This document shows, piece by piece, positions 39,845 through 50,732 of a stretch of 64,000 bases of DNA (position 1 is its first letter; each line of letters opens with the position of its first letter). The stretch lies in NCBI GenBank assembly GCA_044340325.1, contig JBIITV010000003.1, forward strand, positions 2,734 through 66,733, read 5' to 3'. The notes under the pieces are model-generated. The model searched no databases. It saw nothing but the letters and a program-made list of their open reading frames with translations, and was not told the DNA's origin. The DNA is from Lysobacteraceae bacterium. GTDB lineage: Bacteria; Pseudomonadota; Gammaproteobacteria; Xanthomonadales; Xanthomonadaceae. Made by a program: the position numbers and the translations under genes.

Positions 39845-41581
39845 TCAAAACACCCACGTCTCTCCACCATTCAACGTCGCCCGTTCGCCCAGCATCTTTT
39901 TCGCGCCGGTCAGCTGTTCGGCACGCTCGCCACGCAGCGCTTCCGGCACATCGAACGTGACAGCCTTCGCTGGGTCAAGGTTGATCACCACCCAGGTCTC
40001 GAGGCCATTGCCCAGGGCCTGCATCACCCATGCGTTGGTTTCCGCAACCGGGAAATAGCGTAGTTCCTGCGGTTGCTGCAGGTTTGGGTTCTGCTTGCGC
40101 ACGGCGAGCAAGCGTTTGTAGTGGTTGTACAGCGAAGCCGGGTCGGCCTGCTGTGCGGCGACGGAGTGGCCTTTGCCGCGCAGGGTTTTCCAGTATTTCG
40201 ACCACCATGCGCCCTGGTCGCCGCGATAGCCCTGTGGTGCAGGCAGGTCGATCCAGTTGCGGTCGGTGGCGTTGAAGCCTGCGTTGGCGTCGTCTGTCCA
40301 TTGCATCGGTGCGCGGCGATAGCGGTCTTCGCCGGTCTTGTACTGCGACATCCCGATCTCTTCGCCGTAATACAGATACGCGGTGCCGGGGGAGGTCAGC
40401 AGCAGGCTGGCGGCGATGCGCGCCTTGCCGACGCCGCCCTCCAGCGTATGCATGATCCGGTTCTGGTCGTGGTTGGTGAGGAACGGCGAGAAATAGCCCA
40501 TCGGCGCGGCGGCGGCGCGCTGCTGGAGATTGGTCCACAGGCTGTCGCGTTTCTTGCCGATGTCGGTATTGCTGAGCGTGCCGAAGTCGGCGCGGCGCAT
40601 GGCGTTCGGATTGAGGATGTCGATGACGATATTGCCGAAGTCGAAATCGAAGGCGGCGTCCAGACCCTTGCCGCCGTCGCGGTAGCGGCCGCTCGTTTCC
40701 AGTGCGGCCCATGCTTCGCCGACCAGCAGGGCGTCGGGGTTGATGGCTTTGACGCGCTGAGTGAAACCGGTCCAGTAGTCGAGCGTGGCCTGCGTATCCG
40801 CCTGCTGCGGGAGCGGGCCGTCTTCGATGGCGTAGCGCACGGCATCCAGACGGAAGCCGTCGACGCCTTTCTTCAGCCAGAATGCGGCGAGCGCATCGAG
40901 TTCGGCGACGACCTTCGGGTTGCGCAGATTCACATCGGGCTGCGAACTGCCGAACGCGCCGTAGTAATACGCCTTGCGGGTGTCGTTCCAATGCCACACT
41001 GCTTCGGGATTCGGCTGGTCCGACCATGCCTGCCCCCAGCCTTCCGGCCGCTGGTCGCGCCAGATGAAATAGTCCTCATAGCCCGCTTCCCTGCGCGCGG
41101 ACTTGAGGAACCAGTCGTGCTGATCGGAGATATGGTTCAACACCAGATCCAGAATGACCTTGATCCCGCGCTTGTGCGATTCGGCGATGAAATGCTCGAA
41201 CTCGGCCATCGTGCCGTAGTCGCGTTCGACGCTGTAGAAATCCTGGAAATCGTAGCCATGGTACGACGGCGCTTCGAATATCGGCGTGAGCCAGATCGCA
41301 TTCACACCGAAGTCTTTGAGGTCATCGAGCTTCGAGGTCATGCCGTTGAAATCGCCGTTGCCGTCACCGTCCGAATCCTTGAACGAGCGCGGCCAGATCT
41401 CGTAGACCGTGGCGGAATCCCACCATCGCTGGGTGCCGGGATCGAAGCGCAATGACTGATATCCGGAAGTGGGCGCTGCCGGCGCGGTGGCCGTCATCGG
41501 CGGCGGCGCATCGAGGCTTGTCCGCGTCGCGCAGCCGAACAACAGGGTGGTGCAGAGCAACAGGGGCGCTATGGATTTCAC
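39845..41581 (-). CDS. GH13 alpha-amylase family lipoprotein
   Basis: LLFGC lipobox, YHGYD, DLVLNH, GFRLDA, VGEAW, FLTNHD catalytic motifs. Confidence 0.92.
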   Translation of the reverse strand: MKSIAPLLLCTTLLFGCATRTSLDAPPPMTATAPAAPTSGYQSLRFDPGTQRWWDSATVYEIWPRSFKDSDGDGNGDFNGMTSKLDDLKDFGVNAIWLTPIFEAPSYHGYDFQDFYSVERDYGTMAEFEHFIAESHKRGIKVILDLVLNHISDQHDWFLKSARREAGYEDYFIWRDQRPEGWGQAWSDQPNPEAVWHWNDTRKAYYYGAFGSSQPDVNLRNPKVVAELDALAAFWLKKGVDGFRLDAVRYAIEDGPLPQQADTQATLDYWTGFTQRVKAINPDALLVGEAWAALETSGRYRDGGKGLDAAFDFDFGNIVIDILNPNAMRRADFGTLSNTDIGKKRDSLWTNLQQRAAAAPMGYFSPFLTNHDQNRIMHTLEGGVGKARIAASLLLTSPGTAYLYYGEEIGMSQYKTGEDRYRRAPMQWTDDANAGFNATDRNWIDLPAPQGYRGDQGAWWSKYWKTLRGKGHSVAAQQADPASLYNHYKRLLAVRKQNPNLQQPQELRYFPVAETNAWVMQALGNGLETWVVINLDPAKAVTFDVPEALRGERAEQLTGAKKMLGERATLNGGETWVF

Positions 41582-41635
41582 CGAGCGTATCTCCGGGTGT
41601 CGAATTCGATGGACATCATGAACAGGCTATCAAGA

Positions 41636-42049
41636 TCAGTCGCGCTGCCCGAAGAGCCGCATGCACAGCGCCACACCCAGGCCCCACGCGCCGTTGAGCA
41701 GCAAAGCGCCGCCGATCAGCGTGCCGTTGAGCGCGATGCCCTTGATCGGGAACACCACGAACCACGCGACCAGGCTGGGCAACACCGCGCCGAGCGCCAG
41801 CGCCAGCAGCCAGTGCGCGGTGCCCGTGCGTTTGCGGATCAGCGCCCATAGTGCGATGCCCCACAGACCGCCCCAGAAGGCGAGCGAAATGACTTTAGGC
41901 ACGCCCAGCGGCGGGGTGGGCTCCATGTTCCAGGCGGCCACCGGAATTTTTCCGGCGAGGTGCAGCAACTGCAGCAGACCCTGATGGAAGAGCAGCGTGG
42001 CGATGAATCCGGCGATGAAGGCGAACAGCAGCGTTTTCGGTTTGAACAC
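41636..42049 (-). CDS. Small membrane protein
   Basis: Four hydrophobic segments; FHQG and SLAFWGGLWG; GTG start at 42049. Confidence 0.75.
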   Translation of the reverse strand: MFKPKTLLFAFIAGFIATLLFHQGLLQLLHLAGKIPVAAWNMEPTPPLGVPKVISLAFWGGLWGIALWALIRKRTGTAHWLLALALGAVLPSLVAWFVVFPIKGIALNGTLIGGALLLNGAWGLGVALCMRLFGQRD

Positions 42050-42231
42050 GGGGCGGCTCCGGCCGGCGATGTGGCCGACAGAATACGCCGAGGCGAGGCC
42101 GGGAGCATGCGCGCTCGCCGCCGGTGCGGAACGGGAGGCTGGACGGACTGGCCGGATAGATGGGCTGGATAGAATGGTGCAGCGCAAGGCGCCGTTCCTG
42201 CGTACCGATGCCGTCGATCCAGAGCCATCAC

Positions 42232-42819
42232 ATGACCAGCGACCTGCCTGCCGATGCCGTTCACCCGAAAACCCGCGCCGCCTGGCGCGCATGGCTGATC
42301 AAGCATCACGGCACCAGCGCCGGCGTCTGGCTGGTCAGCTACAAGAAGGCGACCGGGTTGGCGCGCTTCGAATACGACGTTGCCGTGGAGGAAGCGCTGT
42401 GCGTCGGCTGGGTGGACAGCAAGCCGCGCAAGCTCGACGACGCGCGTTCGATGCTGTGGTTCGCGCCGCGCAAGCCCGGCACCGGCTGGTCGAAGCCGAA
42501 CAAGACGCGCATCGCGCGATTGACCGCTGCCGGGTCGATGCTGCCGGCCGGTCTGGCCAAAGTCGAAGCCGCGAAACGCGACGGCTCATGGACCAAACTC
42601 GATGCGGTGGAAGCGCTGGAAGTGCCGCCCGATCTCGCCGCCGCATTGAAGCGTCATCCGCCGGCGGCCGAGCACTTCGAGGCGTTTCCGCGTTCGGTGA
42701 AGCGCGGCATTCTCGAATGGATCGTGCAGGCCAAGCGCGCCGAGACCCGCGCGAAACGCATCGATGAGACGGCGACCCTCGCGGCGCGCAACGAGCGCGC
42801 GAATCAGTGGCGGAAATGA
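42232..42819 (+). CDS. YdeI/OmpD-associated family protein
   Basis: WRAWL, EEALCVGWVD, WSKPNK, PPDLAAAL, AKRAETRAKRI. Confidence 0.88.
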   Translation: MTSDLPADAVHPKTRAAWRAWLIKHHGTSAGVWLVSYKKATGLARFEYDVAVEEALCVGWVDSKPRKLDDARSMLWFAPRKPGTGWSKPNKTRIARLTAAGSMLPAGLAKVEAAKRDGSWTKLDAVEALEVPPDLAAALKRHPPAAEHFEAFPRSVKRGILEWIVQAKRAETRAKRIDETATLAARNERANQWRK

Positions 42820-42887
42820 GGCGCCGGATACGCGATCTGCATCATCGGAATCCCTCTCGAATGGAAAAAACGGATCAGAAATCCGTT

Positions 42888-42965
42888 TGTCATCCCGAGC
42901 GCAGCGAGGGATCTGTTTTCAGGCTGTTTCGCACAAGCAGATCCCTCGCTGCGCTCGGGATGACA
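42888..42965. repeat. Perfect 28-bp inverted repeat (REP-like), possible bidirectional terminator
   Basis: TGTCATCCCGAGCGCAGCGAGGGATCTG at 42888-42915, reverse complement at 42938-42965, between convergent genes. Confidence 0.93.
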
Positions 42966-43013
42966 GCGTGAAAAAAGCTATTGAGATGGGTTCCACGCAT
43001 TTCATGGCCGGCT

Positions 43014-43988
43014 TCATTGCGCAGCAGGATCGCGCCACACCATGTAGACGTTGGCACGGTCGTAATGCGAGTCGGGTTTGGTCGAATGCTGATGCTCGAA
43101 ACCCATGCTTTCGTAAAGACGCACCGCAGGCGTCAGTTTGCTGTTGGTTTCCAGGAAGAGCCGGCGGCCATCGCGACGGCGGAATTCGGCGATGGCCGCT
43201 TCCATCAGCGCGCGACCGATGCCGAGGCCCTGACGCTGTTCGTCGACCGCCATCTTGGTGAGTTCGTAGACACCGCTGTGCTCCCCGCCATCGGCTTCGG
43301 GCATCAGCGCGCAGGTGCCGACGACATCCTCTCCCAGCATTGCGAACAGGATGCTGCCGCCGGGCTGCAGGATTTCGGTTTCCGGATTCGACAGCACGCG
43401 GTGGTCGATTTCTTCGACATAGAAATATTTGCGCAGCCAGGCTTCGTTGAGCCGGTAGAAGTGTTCGCGCAGCGCCGCGCGGAACGGCACGATCCGCAGG
43501 GCGGAGCGATCCTGCGCGGCCGCACGCGCAACGATGGTGTCGGTCAGCGTCGGTGTGAGCACGCGTTCGAATGCGGCCAGCGTGTGCAGCAGATCGATGC
43601 CCTGTTCGTCGCAGTGCTGGGCGAACAGAGCCTCGATCGCGCGCCACAGCGGTTTGGCGGCGCGCAGATTCGATTCGGCCAACGGTGTCAGCGCCAGACG
43701 ACGTCGGCGCTTGTCGGCCGGGTCGACGACGACCTCCAGCCAGCCCTGATCGGTCAATTTGTCGGCCAGCTGGCTGACGGCGGAATGGGTCTGGCCGATG
43801 GCCTCGGCGATCTCGCCGACGGTCTGTGGGCCGCGATCGTGCAGGATTCGCAGCAGCGGCAGCCAACGCCCCTGCAGATCGACGCCGGTTTGCCGATAGA
43901 CCTCGTCGGCGGTGGCGTAGAGGCGGTCGCTGACCGCGCGCATGCGGCTGCCGAGGGCGACGAGGCCGAGCTGGGCGATGTATTCCAT
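43014..43988 (-). CDS. MarR-family wHTH fused to a GNAT acetyltransferase
   Basis: QTVGEIAEAIGQTHSAVSQ...DKRRRRLALT, then YELTKMAV...GLGIG...LETN...AVRLYESMGF. Confidence 0.92.
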   Translation of the reverse strand: MEYIAQLGLVALGSRMRAVSDRLYATADEVYRQTGVDLQGRWLPLLRILHDRGPQTVGEIAEAIGQTHSAVSQLADKLTDQGWLEVVVDPADKRRRRLALTPLAESNLRAAKPLWRAIEALFAQHCDEQGIDLLHTLAAFERVLTPTLTDTIVARAAAQDRSALRIVPFRAALREHFYRLNEAWLRKYFYVEEIDHRVLSNPETEILQPGGSILFAMLGEDVVGTCALMPEADGGEHSGVYELTKMAVDEQRQGLGIGRALMEAAIAEFRRRDGRRLFLETNSKLTPAVRLYESMGFEHQHSTKPDSHYDRANVYMVWRDPAAQ

Positions 43989-44060
43989 GGCAATGAATTC
44001 AGTTGTTATGTAACTCCTAACATATTATCCGGAGGTGGTTTGCGCAAGCGGGCCGCCGGC

Positions 44061-45386
44061 TCAGTTGCGCAGCTTGAGGAACCGGTTCAAACCCAGCGCC
44101 CCCAGGGTGCACACCGCGCCCGACAGGAGGTAAGCGCCCAGGAACGCGAGGCCGAAATAGGCGCACAGGCCCAGCGCCACCAGTGGCGCGAAGGCGGCGC
44201 CGATCAACCAGGCCAAGTCGGAAGTCAGCGCCGCGCCGGTGTAGCGGTACCGCGCGCCGAGATTGGCGGTGACTGCGCCGGCGGCCTGCCCGTAGGACAG
44301 CCCCAGCAGCACGAAGCCGACCAGGATGAAGGTGTTCTGCCCGGCGATGCCGCCGCCCAGCAGGGTCGGCGCGAAGCCGCTGAACATCGCGATGATGGCG
44401 GCCAGCCCCGCCAGGGTGCGCGGCCGCCCCAGACGGTCGGCGATCAGCCCCGAGGCCACGATGCCGCCGGCGGCCAGGAACGCGCCGACCACCTGCACCA
44501 TCAGGAATGCGCTGATCGAGCGGTCCGAGTACAGCAGGATCCACGACACCGGAAACACCGTCACGATATGGAACAGCGCATAGCTGGCCAGCATCGCGAA
44601 GGCGCCGATGACCACATCGCGGCCCTTCTCGCGCATCAGCTCCACCACCGGCGTCGGTTCCAGTTCGAACTCGCCGTACTGCTGCGCGTATTCGTCGGTC
44701 ACCACCAGACGCAGGCGTGCGAACAGCGCGACCACGTTGATGATGAACGCAGCGAAGAACGGATAGCGCCAGCCCCAGTCGAAGAAGTCCGCGCTGGAGA
44801 GGCTGGTATGCAGATAGGCGAACAGCGATGCGGCGATGATGAAGCCCAGTGGCGCGCCGAGCTGGCCCAGCATCGCGTACCAGCCGCGCCGGTCTTTGGG
44901 CGTGTTCAGCGCCAGTAGCGAGGGCAAGCCGTCCCACGATCCGCCCAGCGCGATGCCCTGGCCGATGCGGAACAGTGTGAGCAGTGCGATCGACCATGCG
45001 CCGAGTGTTTCGAAACGCGGCAGGAACGCGATGCCCGCCGTGCAGGTCCCCAGCATGAACAGCGCGATGGTCAGCTTGGTGCTGATGCCCCAGCGCCGCT
45101 GGATCTCCATGAACGCGATGGTGCCGAACGGACGGGCGATGAACGCCAGCGCGAAGATCGCAAACGCGTAGAGCGTACCGACAAGTGGACTTGCATCGGG
45201 AAAGAACACGGCCGGAAACACCATCGCCGAGGCGATGCCGTAGACGAAGAAGTCGAAGTTCTCCGAAGTGCGGCCGATGATCACGCCCACCGCGATTTCT
45301 CCCGGCGCCACTTTGGCGTGCCGGGCGGCCTGGGCGTCCGTCTGCGCCACGGGAGAATGCGCGAGGGGAGCGTGGGAAGGTGTCAT
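44061..45386 (-). CDS. MFS transporter (MHS-like), divergent from cyoA
   Basis: ENFDFFVYG, ARPFG, RIGQGIALGGSW; about 12 TM helices. Confidence 0.92.
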   Translation of the reverse strand: MTPSHAPLAHSPVAQTDAQAARHAKVAPGEIAVGVIIGRTSENFDFFVYGIASAMVFPAVFFPDASPLVGTLYAFAIFALAFIARPFGTIAFMEIQRRWGISTKLTIALFMLGTCTAGIAFLPRFETLGAWSIALLTLFRIGQGIALGGSWDGLPSLLALNTPKDRRGWYAMLGQLGAPLGFIIAASLFAYLHTSLSSADFFDWGWRYPFFAAFIINVVALFARLRLVVTDEYAQQYGEFELEPTPVVELMREKGRDVVIGAFAMLASYALFHIVTVFPVSWILLYSDRSISAFLMVQVVGAFLAAGGIVASGLIADRLGRPRTLAGLAAIIAMFSGFAPTLLGGGIAGQNTFILVGFVLLGLSYGQAAGAVTANLGARYRYTGAALTSDLAWLIGAAFAPLVALGLCAYFGLAFLGAYLLSGAVCTLGALGLNRFLKLRN

Positions 45387-45605
45387 CGGAGGCAGTCGCT
45401 CGGCGAAAGGGGCGGTCGGTTCGACCACGCATGGCGCATCAGCATGCACCGCGCGTGAAGGGCGAACGTGAACAGCACGGCGCGCCCCGGATGCAAGCGT
45501 CCCACCATGGGACATTCGCGGCCATAGGACAAAACGTCCAATCGCCCACCGACGGCGCCGCGACTACGCTGCGCGCTCACCTCACTCACCCGTTCAGGTC
45601 CGCCC

Positions 45606-46670
45606 GTGTCCGCCCGCAGTGCCCACCCCCGCCGATCGTTCAAATACCTGCTGACGGCGGCTGCCCTGCCGGCGCTGGCGGGCTGCAACACGATCGTGCT
45701 GAACGCGCCCGGCGACGTGGCCGCGCAGCAGGGCGATCTGATCATCGTCGCCACGCTGCTGATGCTGATCATCATCGTGCCGGTGATAGCGCTGACGGTG
45801 CTGTTCGCCTGGCGTTATCGGGCCGGCAACGCGCAGGCCACCTACGCACCCGATTGGGATCATTCCACCCAGCTGGAACTCGCGATCTGGGCTGCGCCGC
45901 TGCTGATCATCATCGCGCTGGGCGCGATCACCTGGGTGAGTACGCACAAGCTCGATCCGTACCGGCCGATCGACCGTATCGCCAAGGGCCGCCCCGTGCC
46001 TGCCGGCGTCAAGCCGCTGGTGATCGAAGTGGTCGCGCTGGACTGGAAGTGGCTGTTCCTCTATCCGGAGCAGGGCATCGCCACGGTCAACGAAATCGCG
46101 GTGCCGATCGACCGGCCGCTGCAGTTCAAGATCACCGGGGTCACGGTGATGAATTCGTTCTACGTGCCCGCGCTCGCCGGACAGATTTACGCCATGCCGG
46201 GCATGGAAACCAAACTGCACGCGGTGATGAATTCAACGGGCGACTACCCGGGCTTTTCCGCGAACTACAGCGGCGCCGGATTCTCCGGCATGCGCTTCCG
46301 CCTCAAGGGCATGACCGATGGCGACTTCCAGCGCTGGCTGGCCGATGTGCGCCGCAGCGGCGGCGCGCTCGGGCGTGAGGAGTATCTGCAGCTGGAAAAG
46401 CCGAGCGAATTCGAGCCCGCGCGCCACTATGCGCGGGTCGATGCCGGTCTGTACGAGGCGATCCTCAACCGCTGTGTCGATCCCGCCAAAATGTGCATGC
46501 ACGAGATGATGGCGATCGACGCCAGCGGTGGGCGCGGCATCGACCGCAACGGCATCGGAACGCTGGTGGCGCGCAGCCGGGGCGATCTGCGCGGCGGACG
46601 TTTCGTGAGTTCGACGCTGTGCCGGGTCGAAGACCAGCGCTTTCCGATCTTCAAGGTGCCGCAATGGTGA
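45606..46670 (+). CDS. cyoA: Cytochrome bo3 ubiquinol oxidase subunit II
   Basis: Lipoprotein [38 protein letters not shown]; no CuA Cys motif. Confidence 0.93.
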   Translation: MSARSAHPRRSFKYLLTAAALPALAGCNTIVLNAPGDVAAQQGDLIIVATLLMLIIIVPVIALTVLFAWRYRAGNAQATYAPDWDHSTQLELAIWAAPLLIIIALGAITWVSTHKLDPYRPIDRIAKGRPVPAGVKPLVIEVVALDWKWLFLYPEQGIATVNEIAVPIDRPLQFKITGVTVMNSFYVPALAGQIYAMPGMETKLHAVMNSTGDYPGFSANYSGAGFSGMRFRLKGMTDGDFQRWLADVRRSGGALGREEYLQLEKPSEFEPARHYARVDAGLYEAILNRCVDPAKMCMHEMMAIDASGGRGIDRNGIGTLVARSRGDLRGGRFVSSTLCRVEDQRFPIFKVPQW

Positions 46671-48694
46671 TGTCTCCTATGACCGCCGCATCCGGCAACG
46701 CGCCCGTGGCCGACAGCCTGTGGCTGGGCCGTCTGTCGCTGGACGCGCTGCCGTTCCACGATCCGATCCTGATCGCGACCTTCGTCATGGTCGCACTCGG
46801 CGGCGCAGCGTTGCTGGGTGCGCTGACCTGGTTCCGGCTGTGGGGCTATCTCTGGCGCGAATGGTTCACCAGCATCGACCACAAGAAGATCGGCATCATG
46901 TACATGGTGCTGGGGCTGGTGATGCTGATGCGCGGCTTCGCCGATGCGCTGATGATGCGTGCGCAGCAGGCGATCGCCTTCAACGGCGAGGCCGGCTTCC
47001 TGCCGCCGCATCATTACGACCAGATCTTCACCGCGCACGGCGTGATCATGATCTTCTTCGTGGCCATGCCGATGGTCACCGGCCTGATGAACCTCATCGT
47101 GCCGCTGCAGATCGGCGCGCGCGATGTGTCGTTTCCGTTCCTCAACAATTTCAGCTTCTGGATGACCGCCAGCGGCGCGATCCTGATCATGATCTCGCTG
47201 TTCGTCGGCGAATTCGCGGCGACAGGCTGGCTGGCGTATCCGCCGCTGTCGGGCATCGCCTTCAGTCCCGGGGTCGGCGTGGACTACTACATCTGGGGGC
47301 TGCAGATCGCGGGCGTCGGCACGCTGCTGTCGGGCATCAATCTATTGGTGACCATCGTCAAGATGCGCGCGCCGGGCATGACCATGATGCGGATGCCGGT
47401 GTTCACGTGGTCGGCGCTGTGCACCAACGTGCTGATCGTGGCCGCGTTTCCGGTGCTGACCGCAGTGCTCGGGCTGCTGGCGCTGGATCGTTATGCAGGC
47501 ACCAACTTCTTCACCAACGATCTCGGCGGCAACGCCATGATGTACGTGAATCTGATCTGGATCTGGGGCCACCCGGAGGTCTACATCCTGATCCTGCCGG
47601 CGTTCGGTGTGTTCTCCGAAGTGGTGTCGACCTTCAGCGGCAAGCGCCTGTTCGGCTATACCTCGATGGTCTACGCGATGCTGGTGATCACCATCCTCGC
47701 CTATCTGGTGTGGCTGCATCACTTCTTCACGATGGGCTCGGGCGCCAGCGTCAACTCGTTCTTCGGCATCACCACGATGATCATCTCGATCCCGACCGGG
47801 GCGAAGATCTTCAACTGGCTGTTCACCATGTATCGCGGCCGCATCCGCTTCGAGCTGCCGATGCTGTGGACGATCGGTTTCATGATCACCTTCACCATCG
47901 GCGGCATGACCGGCGTGCTGCTGGCGGTGCCGCCGGCGGATTTCGTGCTGCACAACAGCCTGTTCCTGGTCGCTCACTTCCATAACGTGATCATCGGCGG
48001 CGTGCTGTTCGGCATGTTCGCCGGCATCAATTACTGGTGGCCCAAGGCCTTCGGCTTCACGCTGGACGTGTTCTGGGGCAAGTGTTCGTTCTGGTTCTGG
48101 TCGATCGGCTTCTTCTTCGCGTTCATGCCGCTGTACGTGCTCGGTCTGATGGGCGTGACCCGGCGCATGAGCAAGTTCGACGATCCGTCGCTGCAGATCT
48201 GGTTCGTCATCGCCGCGTTCGGCGCGCTGCTGGTGGCGCTGGGCATCGCCTGTTTCCTGATCCAGATGTTCGTCAGCATCCGTCGTCGCGAATCGCTGCG
48301 CGACCACACCGGCGACCCGTGGAACGGCCGCACGCTGGAATGGTCCACCTCGTCGCCGCCGCCGGTCTACAACTTCGCATTCACGCCGGTCGTGCACGAC
48401 AACGATGCCTGGTGGGACATGAAGCGCCGCGGCTATGTGCGGCCGGTGAGCGGCTTCAATGCCGTGCACATGCCGAAGAACACTGCGGCCGGCGTCGTGC
48501 TCGCGGGTCTGAGCACGCTGTGCGGTTTCGCTCTGGTCTGGCATATGTGGCCGCTGGTGGTGCTGTCGTTCGCGGCGCTGGTGATCGCGACGGTCGTGCA
48601 TACGTTCAATTACAAGCGCGATTACCACATCCCCGCCGATGTCGTGACCCGCACCGAGGACGCGCGCACGCACGCGTTGGCCGCTCATGTCTGA
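46664..48694 (+). CDS. cyoB: Cytochrome bo3 ubiquinol oxidase subunit I
   Basis: MRGFADA and [11 protein letters not shown] quinol-site residues, WGHPEVY, WLHHFF, AHFHNV. Confidence 0.96.
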   Translation: MVMSPMTAASGNAPVADSLWLGRLSLDALPFHDPILIATFVMVALGGAALLGALTWFRLWGYLWREWFTSIDHKKIGIMYMVLGLVMLMRGFADALMMRAQQAIAFNGEAGFLPPHHYDQIFTAHGVIMIFFVAMPMVTGLMNLIVPLQIGARDVSFPFLNNFSFWMTASGAILIMISLFVGEFAATGWLAYPPLSGIAFSPGVGVDYYIWGLQIAGVGTLLSGINLLVTIVKMRAPGMTMMRMPVFTWSALCTNVLIVAAFPVLTAVLGLLALDRYAGTNFFTNDLGGNAMMYVNLIWIWGHPEVYILILPAFGVFSEVVSTFSGKRLFGYTSMVYAMLVITILAYLVWLHHFFTMGSGASVNSFFGITTMIISIPTGAKIFNWLFTMYRGRIRFELPMLWTIGFMITFTIGGMTGVLLAVPPADFVLHNSLFLVAHFHNVIIGGVLFGMFAGINYWWPKAFGFTLDVFWGKCSFWFWSIGFFFAFMPLYVLGLMGVTRRMSKFDDPSLQIWFVIAAFGALLVALGIACFLIQMFVSIRRRESLRDHTGDPWNGRTLEWSTSSPPPVYNFAFTPVVHDNDAWWDMKRRGYVRPVSGFNAVHMPKNTAAGVVLAGLSTLCGFALVWHMWPLVVLSFAALVIATVVHTFNYKRDYHIPADVVTRTEDARTHALAAHV

Positions 48695-49343
48695 CATCCT
48701 CGTTTCTTCGTCGGCCCAGCCGATGGGTGCCGGCGCTTCCGTAACGGCACCGCCGGTTTTCCACGACGCCACCGGCGCGCATCATCCGCAGAACGGCACG
48801 CTGCTGGGCTTCTGGCTGTATCTGATGAGCGACTGTCTGGTGTTCGCCAGCCTGTTCGCCGTCTACGGCGTGCTGGGTCGCAGCTACGCCGCAGGCCCGT
48901 CGGGTGCGGATCTGTTCGATCTGCCGCTGGTCGCGCTGAGCACCGCGATGCTGCTGATCTCGTCGATCACCTATGGTTTCGCGATGATCGCGATGCAGCG
49001 TCGGCGCGTCCGTCCCGTGCTGGTCTGGTTGGCGATCACCGGAGTGTTCGGGGCGGCATTCCTGGGACTGACCGGGTACGAGTTCCAGCATCTCATCCAT
49101 GAAGGTGCCGGGCCGCAGCGCAGCGCATTCCTGTCGGCGTTCTTCGCGCTGGTCGGTACGCACGCATTGCATGTGTTGTTCGGCATCCTGTGGCTGGGCA
49201 CGCTGATGGTGCAGGTCGGACGCTATGGTCTGACCGTGGAGAACCGCAGGCGGCTGATGTGCCTGTCCATGTTCTGGCATTTCCTGGACGTGGTCTGGAT
49301 CGCCGTGTTCACCTTCGTCTATCTGATGGGAGTGCTGCCATGA
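48687..49343 (+). CDS. cyoC: Cytochrome bo3 ubiquinol oxidase subunit III
   Basis: [37 protein letters not shown]. Confidence 0.95.
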   Translation: MSDILVSSSAQPMGAGASVTAPPVFHDATGAHHPQNGTLLGFWLYLMSDCLVFASLFAVYGVLGRSYAAGPSGADLFDLPLVALSTAMLLISSITYGFAMIAMQRRRVRPVLVWLAITGVFGAAFLGLTGYEFQHLIHEGAGPQRSAFLSAFFALVGTHALHVLFGILWLGTLMVQVGRYGLTVENRRRLMCLSMFWHFLDVVWIAVFTFVYLMGVLP

Positions 49344-49756
49344 GCGCCGAACACGTCTCCGCAACGCTGCAGAATCCGCATGAAGGCGCGCAGCACAGCG
49401 ATCACGATGACCACGACGACGATGGCGCGCACGGCACGGTCGCCGGTTACGTCAACGGCTTCATCCTGTCGGTGGTGTTGACCGCCATTCCGTTCTGGCT
49501 GGTGATGAGCGGCGGCGTGATCAGCTCAGGCGTGACCGCACTGGTCTTGCTGGTGTTCGCGGCGGTGCAGATCGTGGTGCACATGGTGTACTTCCTGCAT
49601 ATGAACACGAAGTCGGAGCACGGCTGGTCGATTCTTGCGCTGATCTTCACTGTCGTGCTGGTGGTGATCATGCTGGCCGGATCGCTGTGGGTGATGTATC
49701 ACCTCAATACCAACATGATGCCGATGTCGCCGCACGAGATGCGCAACGCGCCGTGA
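49340..49756 (+). CDS. cyoD: Cytochrome bo3 ubiquinol oxidase subunit IV
   Basis: [35 protein letters not shown]. Confidence 0.95.
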   Translation: MSAEHVSATLQNPHEGAQHSDHDDHDDDGAHGTVAGYVNGFILSVVLTAIPFWLVMSGGVISSGVTALVLLVFAAVQIVVHMVYFLHMNTKSEHGWSILALIFTVVLVVIMLAGSLWVMYHLNTNMMPMSPHEMRNAP

Positions 49757-49780
49757 TGCGGCATTCGCGCAACATGATGC

Positions 49781-49816
49781 TGTCATCCCGAACCGCAGGT
49801 GAGGGATCTGCTTGTG
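49781..49816. repeat. Solo, diverged arm of the 42.9-kb inverted repeat inside the cyo operon
   Basis: tgtcatcccgaaccgcaggtgagggatctgcttgtg vs tgtcatcccgagcgcagcgagggatctgcttgtg. Confidence 0.8.
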
Positions 49817-49843
49817 TTTTCGACGTCACTGCAGTCCGTGCAA

Positions 49844-50662
49844 ATGGAACGCGATAAGTCGATCGCACGCCTGGTCCTGCTGAGCGGGTTGGCGATTTCC
49901 TTCGTCGGATTCGTCGCGCTGGGCGTGTGGCAGCTCGAGCGGCGGGCGTGGAAGCTGGATCTGATCGAACGCGTCGAATCCCGTATCCATGCGCCCGCGA
50001 CGGATCCGCCCGGGCCGGCGCAGTGGTCGTCGATCAGCGCGGCCCGTGACGAGTATCGGCATGTCGCGGTCTCTGGACGATTCCTGCACGGCGCCGATAC
50101 CCGCGTGCAGGCGGTGACCGCGATCGGCGCCGGCCACTGGCTGCTCACGCCGCTGCAGCGTCGCGATGGCAGTATCGTGCTGGTCAATCGCGGTTTCGTT
50201 CCGCCCGATTGGACGCCGCCGCCTGCGCGGGAATCCGCAGCGACGCCCGAGATCCGCGTCACCGGCCTGCTCCGGCTGACCGAGCCGGACGGCGGTTTCC
50301 TGCGCAGCAATGATCCGGCGGCCGGGCGCTGGTATTCGCGCGATGTGCAGGCCATCGCCGCCGTGCATGGCCTGCGCCGGGTCGCGCCTTATTTCATCGA
50401 TGCGGATGACCGTCGCGATGCTGCCGCTGGCGTTGCAGAGGTGTCGGGCCCCGCAGGCGGCCTGACCGTCGTGCGCTTCCGCAACCATCATCTGCAGTAC
50501 GCCTTGACCTGGTTCGCGCTGGCGTTGATGGTGGTGGCTGCCGTCTGGCGCGTGCTGCGGGAAGACCGCCGGCCGGCTCACCCCATCACGAGGTCGGCAG
50601 AGGCAGGGCAGGCGGATGCAGAGCAGGCGGATGCAGAGCAGACAGACCGCAGCGAACGCTGA
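49844..50662 (+). CDS. SURF1 family protein
   Basis: LGVWQLERRAWK, VLVNRGFV, NHHLQYALTWFALA. Confidence 0.92.
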   Translation: MERDKSIARLVLLSGLAISFVGFVALGVWQLERRAWKLDLIERVESRIHAPATDPPGPAQWSSISAARDEYRHVAVSGRFLHGADTRVQAVTAIGAGHWLLTPLQRRDGSIVLVNRGFVPPDWTPPPARESAATPEIRVTGLLRLTEPDGGFLRSNDPAAGRWYSRDVQAIAAVHGLRRVAPYFIDADDRRDAAAGVAEVSGPAGGLTVVRFRNHHLQYALTWFALALMVVAAVWRVLREDRRPAHPITRSAEAGQADAEQADAEQTDRSER

Positions 50663-50732
50663 GCAGGACGCGCCGTTGCCGGATATCGCAATCGCGCCAG
50701 ACGCATCCGTGCCGCAGCGCGACAGTGCCGGC

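Noticed and set aside
44003-44025. Third Zur box upstream of the MarR-GNAT gene (TGTTATGTAACTCCTAACA)
   Set aside because: Only the left half matches the 7-1-7 pattern. A MarR autoregulatory site is more likely, but that is unproven too.
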